DNA of 64,000 nucleotides from a virus (Duplodnaviria > Caudoviricetes): IMG/VR virus record IMGVR_UViG_3300026094_000002, one strand, 5' to 3'. The first letter of the stretch is position 1. Every line of letters starts with the position of its first letter. The notes under the pieces are model-generated. The model did no database searches, was not told the origin of the DNA, and was given only the letters and a program-made list of their open reading frames with translations. Made by a program: the position numbers and the translations under genes. Of this stretch, positions 49,066 to 58,421 are shown piece after piece.

Positions 49066-49093
49066 AAAAAAATGCAGACTCAGAGTCTGCATT
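49066..49093 (-). terminator. rho-independent terminator
   Basis: AATGCAGACT-CTG-AGTCTGCATT followed by T tract. Confidence 0.75.
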
Positions 49094-49111
49094 CATAGTA
49101 GTCATTATGGA

Positions 49112-49297
49112 TTACTTGTCGAGAGCGTTTTTCTCTTCCATAATTTCTTTGCGGCGTTCTTTAATTGCCCCTGCCATATCCTGTAGTGCTTTTCTTGCAC
49201 GAGCGGCAGACGCCTTAACGCCCTTTTCTGTTAGTTTAGCATTTTCATCCAGATATGTCTGGAAGGCTTCTTCGATTGTTTTATGATTATTTGACAC
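49112..49297 (-). CDS. small basic histone-like protein
   Basis: KASAARARKAL..IKERRKEI. Confidence 0.6.
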   Translation of the reverse strand: MSNNHKTIEEAFQTYLDENAKLTEKGVKASAARARKALQDMAGAIKERRKEIMEEKNALDK

Positions 49298-49326
49298 TTT
49301 TTTTCTCCTATGTGTTTTTAATTACT

Positions 49327-49611
49327 TCACCACCATCCGGCTGCAACACCGAATCCGAAAACATTAATGAAACTAAAATAGCCAGTTAATAGCATAACCC
49401 ATGCTGATCCTCTTCTTACCGCAGCATAACATTGTGTTGTACTACCAATAAAAAAGAACGGATAAACAAGCATCATATTTGGATCACGAGCAGTTAGTGC
49501 TAATGATAAACTGGCACTAACTGTAAAAACAAAACTGACCAGTTCAAAACCAAATGCAATTCGGTCAGATTTATAACTGTTTTTCCAAAAATTGATTATT
49601 TTATTTTTCAT
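49327..49611 (-). CDS. small membrane protein
   Basis: Three hydrophobic segments. Confidence 0.65.
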   Translation of the reverse strand: MKNKIINFWKNSYKSDRIAFGFELVSFVFTVSASLSLALTARDPNMMLVYPFFFIGSTTQCYAAVRRGSAWVMLLTGYFSFINVFGFGVAAGWW

Positions 49612-49614
49612 TAA

Positions 49615-49899
49615 TTAGTGAAGTTTAGTATTTGAATTATTAATAATGTTAGATGAAGGTATATCATCTAAATCTATATCAAATTCAGAATCAGTCGCGT
49701 TTTCCAAGTCTGATGCAACCATTATGTGGTTATCATATAACTCAGCAACTTCTTGTGATACACCTAGCATTCTCATAAGGCCACCAACATTAAGTTCTTC
49801 TATCCCAAAAGTGCGTAATACTTGAAAAATTTCAACAATTACATCTTGGAATTCTTCGACTACTTTTTGATCAACGTTCTCGTTATATGCATTTGACAT
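49615..49899 (-). CDS. hypothetical protein
   Basis: 94 aa acidic ORF. Confidence 0.55.
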   Translation of the reverse strand: MSNAYNENVDQKVVEEFQDVIVEIFQVLRTFGIEELNVGGLMRMLGVSQEVAELYDNHIMVASDLENATDSEFDIDLDDIPSSNIINNSNTKLH

Positions 49900-49945
49900 G
49901 ATAGTAGTTATGTCCTATTTGTTGTGGCTATTAATTTATATGCAA

Positions 49946-50725
49946 CTAATCAAAATAGTCTGCAATACTTTTTGACATTGAAAAGTCTTCTACCACTGCC
50001 TGTTGGTCGTATTCAAACTTATACGGACTATCCTGCCAAACTCTGTAGTAAAACTTCTCAGTAGGATACCGCTTATACATATTGCTTGAACCACGATTAA
50101 AACTACTCAAACGAAAAATCTCATTATATTCAGAATCATAAGCAACATATGCATTATTTTCTCCTGATTTATTGGTAGTCGTTTGGAAGTCTGCTGCTTC
50201 TGGAATTTCAAATTCATTTGTTGTGAGTGTAATTGCCTTCATACCATCACGCTCACCATACTGAACAATAAAACTCATTACAGTATTACAGCCATCTTGC
50301 TCACTCTTGGTCCAAACAAAATTCTCATACTCTGAAATTTGTTCAGAAAGAATTTCTTCTGGGTCACCATTATATCCCTGTAAGTCCACGGTTGGGCGTC
50401 TGACTTGTGTCATAATACTCTTGGGAACGCTTAGGTGAACCGGGGTGCCTTCGATACTAATATCAATAAGTGTATTATCTTCCATATTTGTCCTTGAGTT
50501 AATTTTTTTAATGAATTTTAAAGTCTTGTTGCCTTTAACATCAATAGAAACATCATCTGCTTTTACATCTGTAATAGTGTTTGGACTCCCTAATTGTTGT
50601 GTGTTAAAAAATGGGTCTAACCCTCGTGAAATGGCTGTTTCTAATGCTTGTCCTGTTGGGTAATTGTAATCCCAGCAGTTTCCAATGTGATAAAAAATAT
50701 TATTTGCAATTTCTTGATTAATCAT
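49946..50725 (-). CDS. hypothetical protein, possible PD-(D/E)xK nuclease
   Basis: GQALE..ITDVKADDVSIDVKG. Confidence 0.35.
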   Translation of the reverse strand: MINQEIANNIFYHIGNCWDYNYPTGQALETAISRGLDPFFNTQQLGSPNTITDVKADDVSIDVKGNKTLKFIKKINSRTNMEDNTLIDISIEGTPVHLSVPKSIMTQVRRPTVDLQGYNGDPEEILSEQISEYENFVWTKSEQDGCNTVMSFIVQYGERDGMKAITLTTNEFEIPEAADFQTTTNKSGENNAYVAYDSEYNEIFRLSSFNRGSSNMYKRYPTEKFYYRVWQDSPYKFEYDQQAVVEDFSMSKSIADYFD

Positions 50726-50781
50726 ATCCTAATAATTAAGCCTCCATAGTTAAGAGTTAAGGGAAATATTGAGAAAATCAA

Positions 50782-51336
50782 TTATTGATCAGCACGATAG
50801 AACACATGCTCGCCAATTTGGCCGATGTACTGAAATGATAAGTTCCATGATGGATTAACATAGGCTGCATGATAATGTGTTGAACCTTCAGTTATTCCAC
50901 GAAATGTTTTATTTTTTAGAATTTGATAAGCAATAGTTTGTGCATTTCTCCACGATTCCCGATCTTTTGGATCGTCACTCTTGCCATCACAGAACCAAGA
51001 AAATTGGCAACGGTGTTTAACAGGTACTTCTTTTCCAGTGTTTTCAAGGTGCCACTCAGAGACTGGTCCTTGTTGTACAACATCACAGATATTATTTGGC
51101 CACCGCGTATCACGAACACGATTAAGTACAACATCTGCAACCGCAAATTGTCCTGCTGTCATGTCAGAACGTGCTTCAAAATAAATGTTTTTTGCAAGGC
51201 AGCGAATCTGCTCGTGACTTTCATCAATCTCCCAATCGGTGTCATTAACCAATGTATCACTATTGGCAGAGAATGCAGAAATCCAGAATCCCATTGCAAT
51301 TACTACTGCAAAAAATGTTTTCATAATAAAAATCAT
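50782..51336 (-). CDS. SleB/Hydrolase_2 cell wall hydrolase
   Basis: CLAKNIYFEAR, VLNRV, CQFSW, STHYHA, IGEHVFY. Confidence 0.9.
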   Translation of the reverse strand: MIFIMKTFFAVVIAMGFWISAFSANSDTLVNDTDWEIDESHEQIRCLAKNIYFEARSDMTAGQFAVADVVLNRVRDTRWPNNICDVVQQGPVSEWHLENTGKEVPVKHRCQFSWFCDGKSDDPKDRESWRNAQTIAYQILKNKTFRGITEGSTHYHAAYVNPSWNLSFQYIGQIGEHVFYRADQ

Positions 51337-51378
51337 CCATTTATTTAAGTGTGACGGATATAAAATTAAACACTATAC

Positions 51379-51765
51379 TTAACGTCTCATACGCGATATA
51401 TCTTTTGCCTGATCGCCATTGGTAATCGGAACTAAGTTTGATTTATGCATTGTGGCAATGCCTTTGATATAATCCCCATTGTACTCAGGAATTTCACTAC
51501 GACGAGCATTACCAACACCATGCCCAAGACTGGGAACATGGCGTGTTTCTCTACGATAGCCTTCTGAGGGGCGGTAGTGTGTTTTTGGTTTGGCGGTTGT
51601 TACCTGACTTTTACCAAAAACATATTTGACATACTCATCAAAAGACAAGCACTCACTATGTCGCCCAGACTGCTTGAGTCGGCGATTGTGTTCTCTGTGT
51701 TGATTTAACAGGCGAGAACGATGACTTTTTGTTAGTTTGCTTTTCGTCTTCTTTTTGTTAGTCAT
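51379..51765 (-). CDS. T4-like conserved basic hypothetical protein
   Basis: KGIATMHKSNLVP. Confidence 0.7.
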   Translation of the reverse strand: MTNKKKTKSKLTKSHRSRLLNQHREHNRRLKQSGRHSECLSFDEYVKYVFGKSQVTTAKPKTHYRPSEGYRRETRHVPSLGHGVGNARRSEIPEYNGDYIKGIATMHKSNLVPITNGDQAKDISRMRR

Positions 51766-51787
51766 TTTTTGCCTTATATGTTTTTCT

Positions 51788-51816
51788 AATATATCAGCAG
51801 CAGACTGCTATGTCAA
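51788..51816 (-). promoter_or_regulatory. sigma70-type promoter
   Basis: TTGACA-N17-TATATT. Confidence 0.7.
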
Positions 51817-51837
51817 GAAAATGGAATAAATAAATTC

Positions 51838-52623
51838 ATGCAAGAAGTGATTAAGATAGAATTTCGTGAGCGGTGTGCACTTTTTGCACGTATGAGTTCA
51901 ATTGTATATCACGATGTTGATAATGTGGTTAATAAATTAGAAAATACTGAATTTCGGTTAATGAATTCATATGATACCGATGGCTCTCAAGCATTTAGTT
52001 TTATATCTGAAACTGATTTAATTGTTGCGTGTAGAGGAACAGAGCCCGATTGTTGGGCTGATTTAAAAGCCGACCTGCGTGCTTGGCCTAAAAAGTCGTC
52101 ATCTGGTGGTCGAGTTCATAGTGGATTTTCGTGGCACGTATCAAAGATTTGGCCGCAAATTGTTGCTGATTTAGAAACTGCAAAAGCACAGGGCCTAAAT
52201 GTTTGGTTTACTGGTCATTCATTAGGTGGTGCAATGGCAACAATTTTAGCGTCTCGTTGCCGACACGATGAGACACTTCCTGATCCAGTTCAACTCTACA
52301 CTTTCGGTTCTCCAAGAGTAGGATGGCCGAAGTATGTTGATTCTCTTGCTATCAACCATGTGCGATGGGTTAATAATAATGACGCGGTTGCATACTTACC
52401 GCCCCGCATAATGGGATACAAACACCATGGATTTGAATATTATTTGAATGCTTGGGGAAATGTTCGTTCTCCCACATTGTGGCAACGAATTAAAGACAAG
52501 TTTCGTGGTTATTGGTTCGCATGGAAGCAAGGAAAAATTGATTCATTTTCTGATCACAGTATCTCAGATTATGTAAAACATCTTGAGAGACATGCCGAAG
52601 GTTTAGAAGTATTACAAAGATAG
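51838..52623 (+). CDS. class 3 lipase
   Basis: VACRGT, VHSGF, WFTGHSLGG, YTFGSPRVG, NDAV..LP, DHSI. Confidence 0.9.
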   Translation: MQEVIKIEFRERCALFARMSSIVYHDVDNVVNKLENTEFRLMNSYDTDGSQAFSFISETDLIVACRGTEPDCWADLKADLRAWPKKSSSGGRVHSGFSWHVSKIWPQIVADLETAKAQGLNVWFTGHSLGGAMATILASRCRHDETLPDPVQLYTFGSPRVGWPKYVDSLAINHVRWVNNNDAVAYLPPRIMGYKHHGFEYYLNAWGNVRSPTLWQRIKDKFRGYWFAWKQGKIDSFSDHSISDYVKHLERHAEGLEVLQR

Positions 52624-52627
52624 TACT

Positions 52628-54193
52628 TTAATCAATTCTTGGCGGTACTGTAAATGTGTGTGCTGGTGCAGGTGATGGTACTTCCCACTCTAGACCGTCC
52701 GCCCCTTCCCACGCTCTTGCATCTGCATTATTTTTGCCTCGGATACATTGCCATACTATAGCAAGAAACAATAGTTGGGTAAGACCGAATCCAAATCCAC
52801 CTATTGAACTAATCATATTCCAATCTGCAAACTGAACAGAATAGTCTGGTATGCGTCTTGGCATTCCTGCTAATCCTAAAAAATGTTGAGGGAAGAACAG
52901 TACATTCACAAATATTGTGCTGAGCCAAAAGTGCCACTGACCCAGTCTTTCTGAATAACGAGTGCCCGACCACTTTGGGAGCCAGTAATATGCCGCCGCT
53001 AATATTGCGAATACCGCTCCAGTTACCAAGACATAGTGAAAGTGTGCTACAACGAAATAGGTATCATGATACTGAAAATCTGCAGGAGCAATTGCTAGCA
53101 TTAAGCCAGAGAATCCACCTATTGTAAACAAGAATACAAATGCAAGAGCGAATAGCATTGGTGTTTCAAATGTCATAGCACCACGCCACATTGTGGCAAC
53201 CCAATTAAAGACTTTCACTCCAGTGGGAACTGATATCAACATTGTGGCATACATGAAGAAAAGTGTTCCTGCGAGCGGCATTCCTACAGTAAACATATGA
53301 TGTGCCCACACAATAAATGACAGGAACGCAATACTAGCAGTAGCATAAACCATTGAACTATATCCAAACAGTGGCTTACGAGCAAATGTAGGCAATATTG
53401 TAGATATAATACCAAATGCTGGCAGTATCATAATATAGACTTCTGGATGACCAAAAAACCAAAATATATGCTGATAAAGAACTGGGTCACCACCACCGGC
53501 TGCAGAGAAAAATGAAGTACCAAAGTACTGGTCGGTTAATAGCATTGTCACAGCACCAGACAGCACAGGCATAACAGCAATCATAAGATATGCAGTTACC
53601 AACCAAGTCCATGTAAAGATAGGCATCTTCATGAGAGTCATTCCGGGTGCTCTCATGTTTAATATGGTAGCCACAATATTAATTGAACCCATAATTGATG
53701 AAATGCCTAAAATGTGTATTGAGAATATAACAAATGGAAATGCCATGCCTGTTTGTAACATAAGGGGAGGATACATTGTCCATCCTCCCGCAGGACCACC
53801 GCCGGGCATGAATAGTGTTGAAAGTAGTACGGCAAACGCAAATGGCATTAGCCAGAAACTCCAGTTATTCATCCGGGGTAGGGCCATATCAGGTGCCCCT
53901 ATTTGCATGGGTATCATCCAGTTTGCTAAGCCAGTAAATGCTGGCATTACCGCACCAAAAATCATCACAAGAGCGTGCATAGTGGTCATTTGATTATAGA
54001 ATAATGGATCAACCAATTGCATACCGGGCATAAAAAGTTCTGCTCTTATGACCATTGCCATTGCACCACCAACAAAGAACATCAACAAACTCCACAGTAG
54101 GTACATTGATCCAATCTCTTTGTGGTTTGTAGTGGTTAGCCATCGTTTAATGCCGGTCGGCTCTATGTGTTCTGGTTGTGCTACGGTATCCAT
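52628..54193 (-). CDS. coxA: cytochrome c oxidase subunit I (aa3, A1 type)
   Basis: [42 protein letters not shown]; 521 aa, full length. Confidence 0.97.
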   Translation of the reverse strand: MDTVAQPEHIEPTGIKRWLTTTNHKEIGSMYLLWSLLMFFVGGAMAMVIRAELFMPGMQLVDPLFYNQMTTMHALVMIFGAVMPAFTGLANWMIPMQIGAPDMALPRMNNWSFWLMPFAFAVLLSTLFMPGGGPAGGWTMYPPLMLQTGMAFPFVIFSIHILGISSIMGSINIVATILNMRAPGMTLMKMPIFTWTWLVTAYLMIAVMPVLSGAVTMLLTDQYFGTSFFSAAGGGDPVLYQHIFWFFGHPEVYIMILPAFGIISTILPTFARKPLFGYSSMVYATASIAFLSFIVWAHHMFTVGMPLAGTLFFMYATMLISVPTGVKVFNWVATMWRGAMTFETPMLFALAFVFLFTIGGFSGLMLAIAPADFQYHDTYFVVAHFHYVLVTGAVFAILAAAYYWLPKWSGTRYSERLGQWHFWLSTIFVNVLFFPQHFLGLAGMPRRIPDYSVQFADWNMISSIGGFGFGLTQLLFLAIVWQCIRGKNNADARAWEGADGLEWEVPSPAPAHTFTVPPRID

Positions 54194-54196
54194 TGT

Positions 54197-54652
54197 TTAG
54201 ACTCCTACTGGTCCTATAAATTGTTTTAATTCTCGTGCAAGACTCTTCTGCTCGTCTGCGTCTAAAAATTCTGCAAATTCTACTTTATCACTTTTACAGT
54301 GTAAAAATAATCTTGTGTGTTTCCACCTTCTTGGTACATTTTCTAATATTACTTCGCACCATATTTTTTCAAAAGAAATAGAACTTGATTTTGTTTTTCT
54401 TCCTTTTTCTAATGTCACTGTTGTTCGGTCTATATGCAGTACATTTTTCTCAAAACTTTTTTCTGCTGAGTACCATAAACTAGCAGCCACAAGTAAAAAT
54501 TCTGCTCCAGCAAATGGCACTATTAACCACAAGCCCAATTGAAAAAAATATAAAGATATAGAGAATAAAACGATTCCTAACAATGCCAAAAATCTTATTG
54601 ACAACCGCCAATCAGATTGAAATGACGGAGAAATAACATAGGTTTTATTCAT
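54197..54652 (-). CDS. DUF2244-like membrane protein
   Basis: ISPS..two transmembrane helices GLWLIVPFAGAEF..; C-terminal VEFAEFLDADEQKSLA. Confidence 0.7.
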   Translation of the reverse strand: MNKTYVISPSFQSDWRLSIRFLALLGIVLFSISLYFFQLGLWLIVPFAGAEFLLVAASLWYSAEKSFEKNVLHIDRTTVTLEKGRKTKSSSISFEKIWCEVILENVPRRWKHTRLFLHCKSDKVEFAEFLDADEQKSLARELKQFIGPVGV

Positions 54653-54659
54653 TACGAAC

Positions 54660-54665
54660 TATTTA
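54660..54665 (-). promoter_or_regulatory. late promoter TAAATA of the DUF2244-coxA unit
   Basis: 7 nt upstream of ATG 54652; same motif precedes many late genes. Confidence 0.6.
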
Positions 54666-54715
54666 GACAATACCATTACTATATCCTAAAATAGAGAGGG
54701 AATAAATACCTCATA

Positions 54716-55375
54716 ATGCTTATTAAAGAATTATTTGAAGCAGACAGAACCTATTCTGGAGACCCACTTGAAAAAGGTGGCACATCTATTAAAGGACAAG
54801 GTGCTGCTCCAGTCATCAAAAATCTTGCTGGCAAGGGAATATTCCAAGGTAAAACAGTGCTTGATTATGGTGCCGGAAAGTATGGCAGAAATGCAGAAGC
54901 AATCAAAGCAGCCGGTGGAACTGTCTATGCCTATGACCCATTTCACGGCAGTGGCTCTGATGGTTGGAATAGTGTTGCAGGAACACTTCCAGATAATAAA
55001 TTTGACATTGCATTTACCAGTTATGTTTTAAATGTGGTTCCAGAAAAAACCGAAGACCAAATATTGCGTGATGTAGAATCTCGCTCTAATAATATTTTAC
55101 ACATTACAAGAAATATGGATATATTTCAATCAGTTAAGAAAGCATTAATAAGAAAGGATAGTACGGTTGGCAATTTCTTTTTAGAACAGTTTGCCAATGA
55201 ACAAGAACGCGAGGCATTTGAAGAAGGTACGCTTAATGATGAAACTATATTAGAGTTTTGCAAACACGGTGTCCAGACTTCACGTGGTTTTCAGCGAATA
55301 CCAGAACTTGAAAATAAGGGATATAATTTAAAACAAAATACAGTTGGTTATAAACTTTATACTAGAGGAATGTAA
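54716..55375 (+). CDS. class I SAM-dependent methyltransferase with MLIKELFE leader
   Basis: VLDYGAGK, YAYDP, FTSYVLNVV; TAAATA at 54703-54708. Confidence 0.75.
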   Translation: MLIKELFEADRTYSGDPLEKGGTSIKGQGAAPVIKNLAGKGIFQGKTVLDYGAGKYGRNAEAIKAAGGTVYAYDPFHGSGSDGWNSVAGTLPDNKFDIAFTSYVLNVVPEKTEDQILRDVESRSNNILHITRNMDIFQSVKKALIRKDSTVGNFFLEQFANEQEREAFEEGTLNDETILEFCKHGVQTSRGFQRIPELENKGYNLKQNTVGYKLYTRGM

Positions 55376-55380
55376 ATAAA

Positions 55381-56550
55381 TTAGTAAATTTTGAGAAGAC
55401 TGTTTAATTCAGGATGAGAATCAACTAATTTTTCTTCACGAAATAAATCTATTCTTTTAATTTCAGATTTTAATTCATTAAAATAATCAAAATTAGATTC
55501 ACCATCATTCATAAATTTAATAATATTATTAATATCATCGGTATCGTGAGGTAACAAGGCTTCTTCAATTTTTTCTTTTATGTCTTGCGGCAGATACTTG
55601 ACACAAAATCGTTCTTCAACAATTAACATACTCCAATTAATATGCATTAGGGGATAATGTTCTTTCATCCATCTTATAATTTTTTTAAAGTCTAATATAT
55701 TAAAAACGCTGACAGTCATATTACATGATAATGAGATATTTGTATTTTTATTAGCCAACTGCTCAAATGCATCCAAGTTTTTAACTAATGTATTCCAATC
55801 AGATTTTGATCTTTCATATTCAAATTTTTCAAAGATATTATCTATACTAACCATTATATCAACACTTTTGAATTTTTTCCAACTTTCAATAATATCTTTA
55901 TTTGGTAATATTGTTCCATTAGTAACATAGTCTATTTCAATATTTGAAACATCGCTAGTATTTGAAAATTTTTCAAGTAGTTGAAAGTGCTGATTTATCA
56001 GGAACGGTTCACCACCATAAAAACTTATTTTGGATAATAATGGAAGGTAATTTTCTAAATCCTCCCAAAATACTTTTGATGTTATAGGCCATTGTCCTTT
56101 TTTAAGAATTTCAAATTCAAACGAACTGCGTTTTTCTTCATCAGAATGGGTTTTTAATTCATTTTTTGCCCAGATACTACTTGCCCACGGCCCACATATT
56201 CGACACCGCAAATTGCATATGTTTCCAAATGCAATTGATAAACTGCTAAATTGACTTTGAACATCACCATTAAAATCAGTTTCTTTTTGCCTCAAACTCA
56301 TAATACCATTATCTTCTTCTTGCCAGCATTGAGCACAGGAAATAGGTTTTTTATTGTTTGATAAATCAGAGCGTAATTTTTTTAGATGATTGCTATTATA
56401 AATCTCATAAAAAGAATTTTTATTAACATTAAATTCTAAATTGTTTTTATCTTTAAGCCTATCACCCCAAATACAACATGGTGCTACACTACCATCCGCA
56501 TTAATTTCTAAGTTTTTCCATGGCTTACTACAAAAAGTTTCAGACAACAT
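55381..56550 (-). CDS. twitch/SPASM-domain radical SAM protein
   Basis: FCSKPW..PCC..CAQCW, CNLRCRIC, FYGGEPF, TNG; AT-rich. Confidence 0.88.
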   Translation of the reverse strand: MLSETFCSKPWKNLEINADGSVAPCCIWGDRLKDKNNLEFNVNKNSFYEIYNSNHLKKLRSDLSNNKKPISCAQCWQEEDNGIMSLRQKETDFNGDVQSQFSSLSIAFGNICNLRCRICGPWASSIWAKNELKTHSDEEKRSSFEFEILKKGQWPITSKVFWEDLENYLPLLSKISFYGGEPFLINQHFQLLEKFSNTSDVSNIEIDYVTNGTILPNKDIIESWKKFKSVDIMVSIDNIFEKFEYERSKSDWNTLVKNLDAFEQLANKNTNISLSCNMTVSVFNILDFKKIIRWMKEHYPLMHINWSMLIVEERFCVKYLPQDIKEKIEEALLPHDTDDINNIIKFMNDGESNFDYFNELKSEIKRIDLFREEKLVDSHPELNSLLKIY

Positions 56551-56554
56551 AATT

Positions 56555-58105
56555 TTAATTTATTTCTGCTTGAACTTGGAAGAATTCGAGTTCAGGATCA
56601 TCATCACCAAAACTAACACTATCACTAACATCCATAGAGAAGTTTAAGCCACGCTTTTCTGCTATCTTCTGAACATTATTTAACATTTGCATTGACTTTT
56701 TATGGGGACTTGTAATTAGAGTCTTGCCGTTTTGCATTGCCGATATCAACATATTGATAAATGTTTTTACATCTTCAATATCGTTTTTAAGAAGTCGTCT
56801 ACTTTTACTATTGATACCGATAAGAAAGATTTCTTCTGGTGTTTCATACCATTGCGTCACAAAGTTGCCAGTGCCTGACTTCATTGTTTTTAATTCACCA
56901 TTAGGATAAAACGCTTGTAATGCTTGTTTGCTTTGTTTGGCTAAATCAACAACTTCTGGAGATTTATCACCAAAGTTTTTTTGTGTTAATTCATCATACT
57001 CTTCACTTGAGGTGGATGAAACATCTTCTTGAACTTCGTCGTCAATATCAAAAAATTCTTTGTACTTGTTCCAAGGTGGTTGATATTGTTTAATTTGTTC
57101 TTCCGCTTCTGGCCACCTACCTTTGATAAAATCACGTGCATACGCAAAAGCATAGTATGGATTTTGTTTAATCGCTTCTTCACCTTCTGGCCACCTACCT
57201 TTGATAAAATCACGTGCATACATAAAAGCATATTGTGGGCTTTGTTTAATCGCTTCTTCACCCTCTGGAAATCTGCCACCGATAGCGTCATCGGCATAAT
57301 AATAAGCTTTTCTTGGGTCCTGTTTAATCGCTTCTTCACTTTTGGCAAATACCTTTTTAAGCACTGGATGTTTGGTTCTAAAATATTGCAGCAATTCAGA
57401 GTCTATTCTTTCGTCGTTTTCGTCCATGAATTGGAAATCTTCACCAAAATGAAATTGGAACTTGTTGCTTTGTTTTTTCTCTGGCATCTTGCGTGAAGGA
57501 ATCCACACATATAAAGGACCTTGCTTTGAATAGTTTCTAAACATATTATCTGACTGAGTGGCAGCCGTACACCAACGAGTACCACTACCAATTTCACAAG
57601 AAGCCTCGGTAGTACGTGGAATAATTAACTGTCCCATATCTCCGACATAAAGCACCTCCATATCGTCAATATGTTCATAATCAAGATTCGCATCAACTGG
57701 TTCTTCTAAATCAGTGGCTTTTTTGAGTTTAGTGGCAATTTCTCGCAAATCACGCCAAGTGTATTTGTTTATATCCGTCTCAATACCAAGTTGTTGCTTT
57801 CTTTGCTTTGGTAACTCGTGAAAATCTTGGATATCATTGCGTAAAAACTCATTGATATCTTCAAGCTTCAAACTATTTTTCACAAACTGACGAACAATCC
57901 ATAGAACATATTTTTTATTAGGGGTGGGGTCAACGGATTCTATTCTACTCAGAACATTTTGACTAAGAGCATAAATTTGTTCTGGTGCAAGTTCTTCGTC
58001 TTTAATTCGTGGGTTGTCCAATTTTGCAGTATTCGCGATAGCAGTACCCATTTGTTCAATGGTTTTGTCTCGGTCATACTCAAAAAGAAATTCTTTTGAA
58101 CGCAT
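56555..58105 (-). CDS. modular late protein (MRSKEFLFE leader; WCTAA domain; 22-aa repeats)
   Basis: TAAATA 4 nt upstream of ATG 58105; GSGTRWCTAA. Confidence 0.7.
   Translation of the reverse strand: MRSKEFLFEYDRDKTIEQMGTAIANTAKLDNPRIKDEELAPEQIYALSQNVLSRIESVDPTPNKKYVLWIVRQFVKNSLKLEDINEFLRNDIQDFHELPKQRKQQLGIETDINKYTWRDLREIATKLKKATDLEEPVDANLDYEHIDDMEVLYVGDMGQLIIPRTTEASCEIGSGTRWCTAATQSDNMFRNYSKQGPLYVWIPSRKMPEKKQSNKFQFHFGEDFQFMDENDERIDSELLQYFRTKHPVLKKVFAKSEEAIKQDPRKAYYYADDAIGGRFPEGEEAIKQSPQYAFMYARDFIKGRWPEGEEAIKQNPYYAFAYARDFIKGRWPEAEEQIKQYQPPWNKYKEFFDIDDEVQEDVSSTSSEEYDELTQKNFGDKSPEVVDLAKQSKQALQAFYPNGELKTMKSGTGNFVTQWYETPEEIFLIGINSKSRRLLKNDIEDVKTFINMLISAMQNGKTLITSPHKKSMQMLNNVQKIAEKRGLNFSMDVSDSVSFGDDDPELEFFQVQAEIN
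57086..57350 (-). repeat. 66-bp coding tandem repeat (A.xYARDFIKGRWPE.EE.IKQ)
   Basis: tctggccacctacctttgataaaatcacgtgcatac recurs at a 66 bp spacing; about 3.5 units. Confidence 0.85.
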
Positions 58106-58229
58106 AAAGTATTTATTAATTATAAACATAACAATAAATAGAAGCGGAAAGATAAGTTCTACCTGACATCTGGCAAAGACCGGGGCGACCGCCTTACAAG
58201 TCATCGTTTTACATTAAAGGAATTAAAAA

Positions 58230-58397
58230 ATGATCAATATTGATAGTGTTGGTCGTGTTTTAGTGGAAGCGGTGTCAATCAGTCCCAAAAGACGGAAAGA
58301 AACTGCTCTACAAACATGGACCAGAGTAGAGTATAAAAATAACGCAAGTTATGCGTGGACACAATTAAAGTCAGGTCGATTGCCAGAACAGGTATAA
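58230..58397 (+). CDS. small protein (55 aa, absent from the ORF track)
   Basis: AAAGGA SD; MINIDSVGRV..WTRVEYKNNASYAW; own terminator. Confidence 0.65.
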   Translation: MINIDSVGRVLVEAVSISPKRRKETALQTWTRVEYKNNASYAWTQLKSGRLPEQV

Positions 58398-58421
58398 AAT
58401 CTTTCTGGCTTCGATATCCCC

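Noticed and set aside
52628-54652. coxA as host chromosome contamination
   Set aside because: No coxB, coxC or ctaG, phage-style genes on both sides and a late promoter box; misassembly still needs read-level exclusion
56555-58204. Longer ORF-track starts (58204, 22841, 17302, 15390, 26161, 40899)
   Set aside because: The extensions run through promoter boxes or upstream genes; downstream starts fit the TAAATA spacing and stop-start coupling
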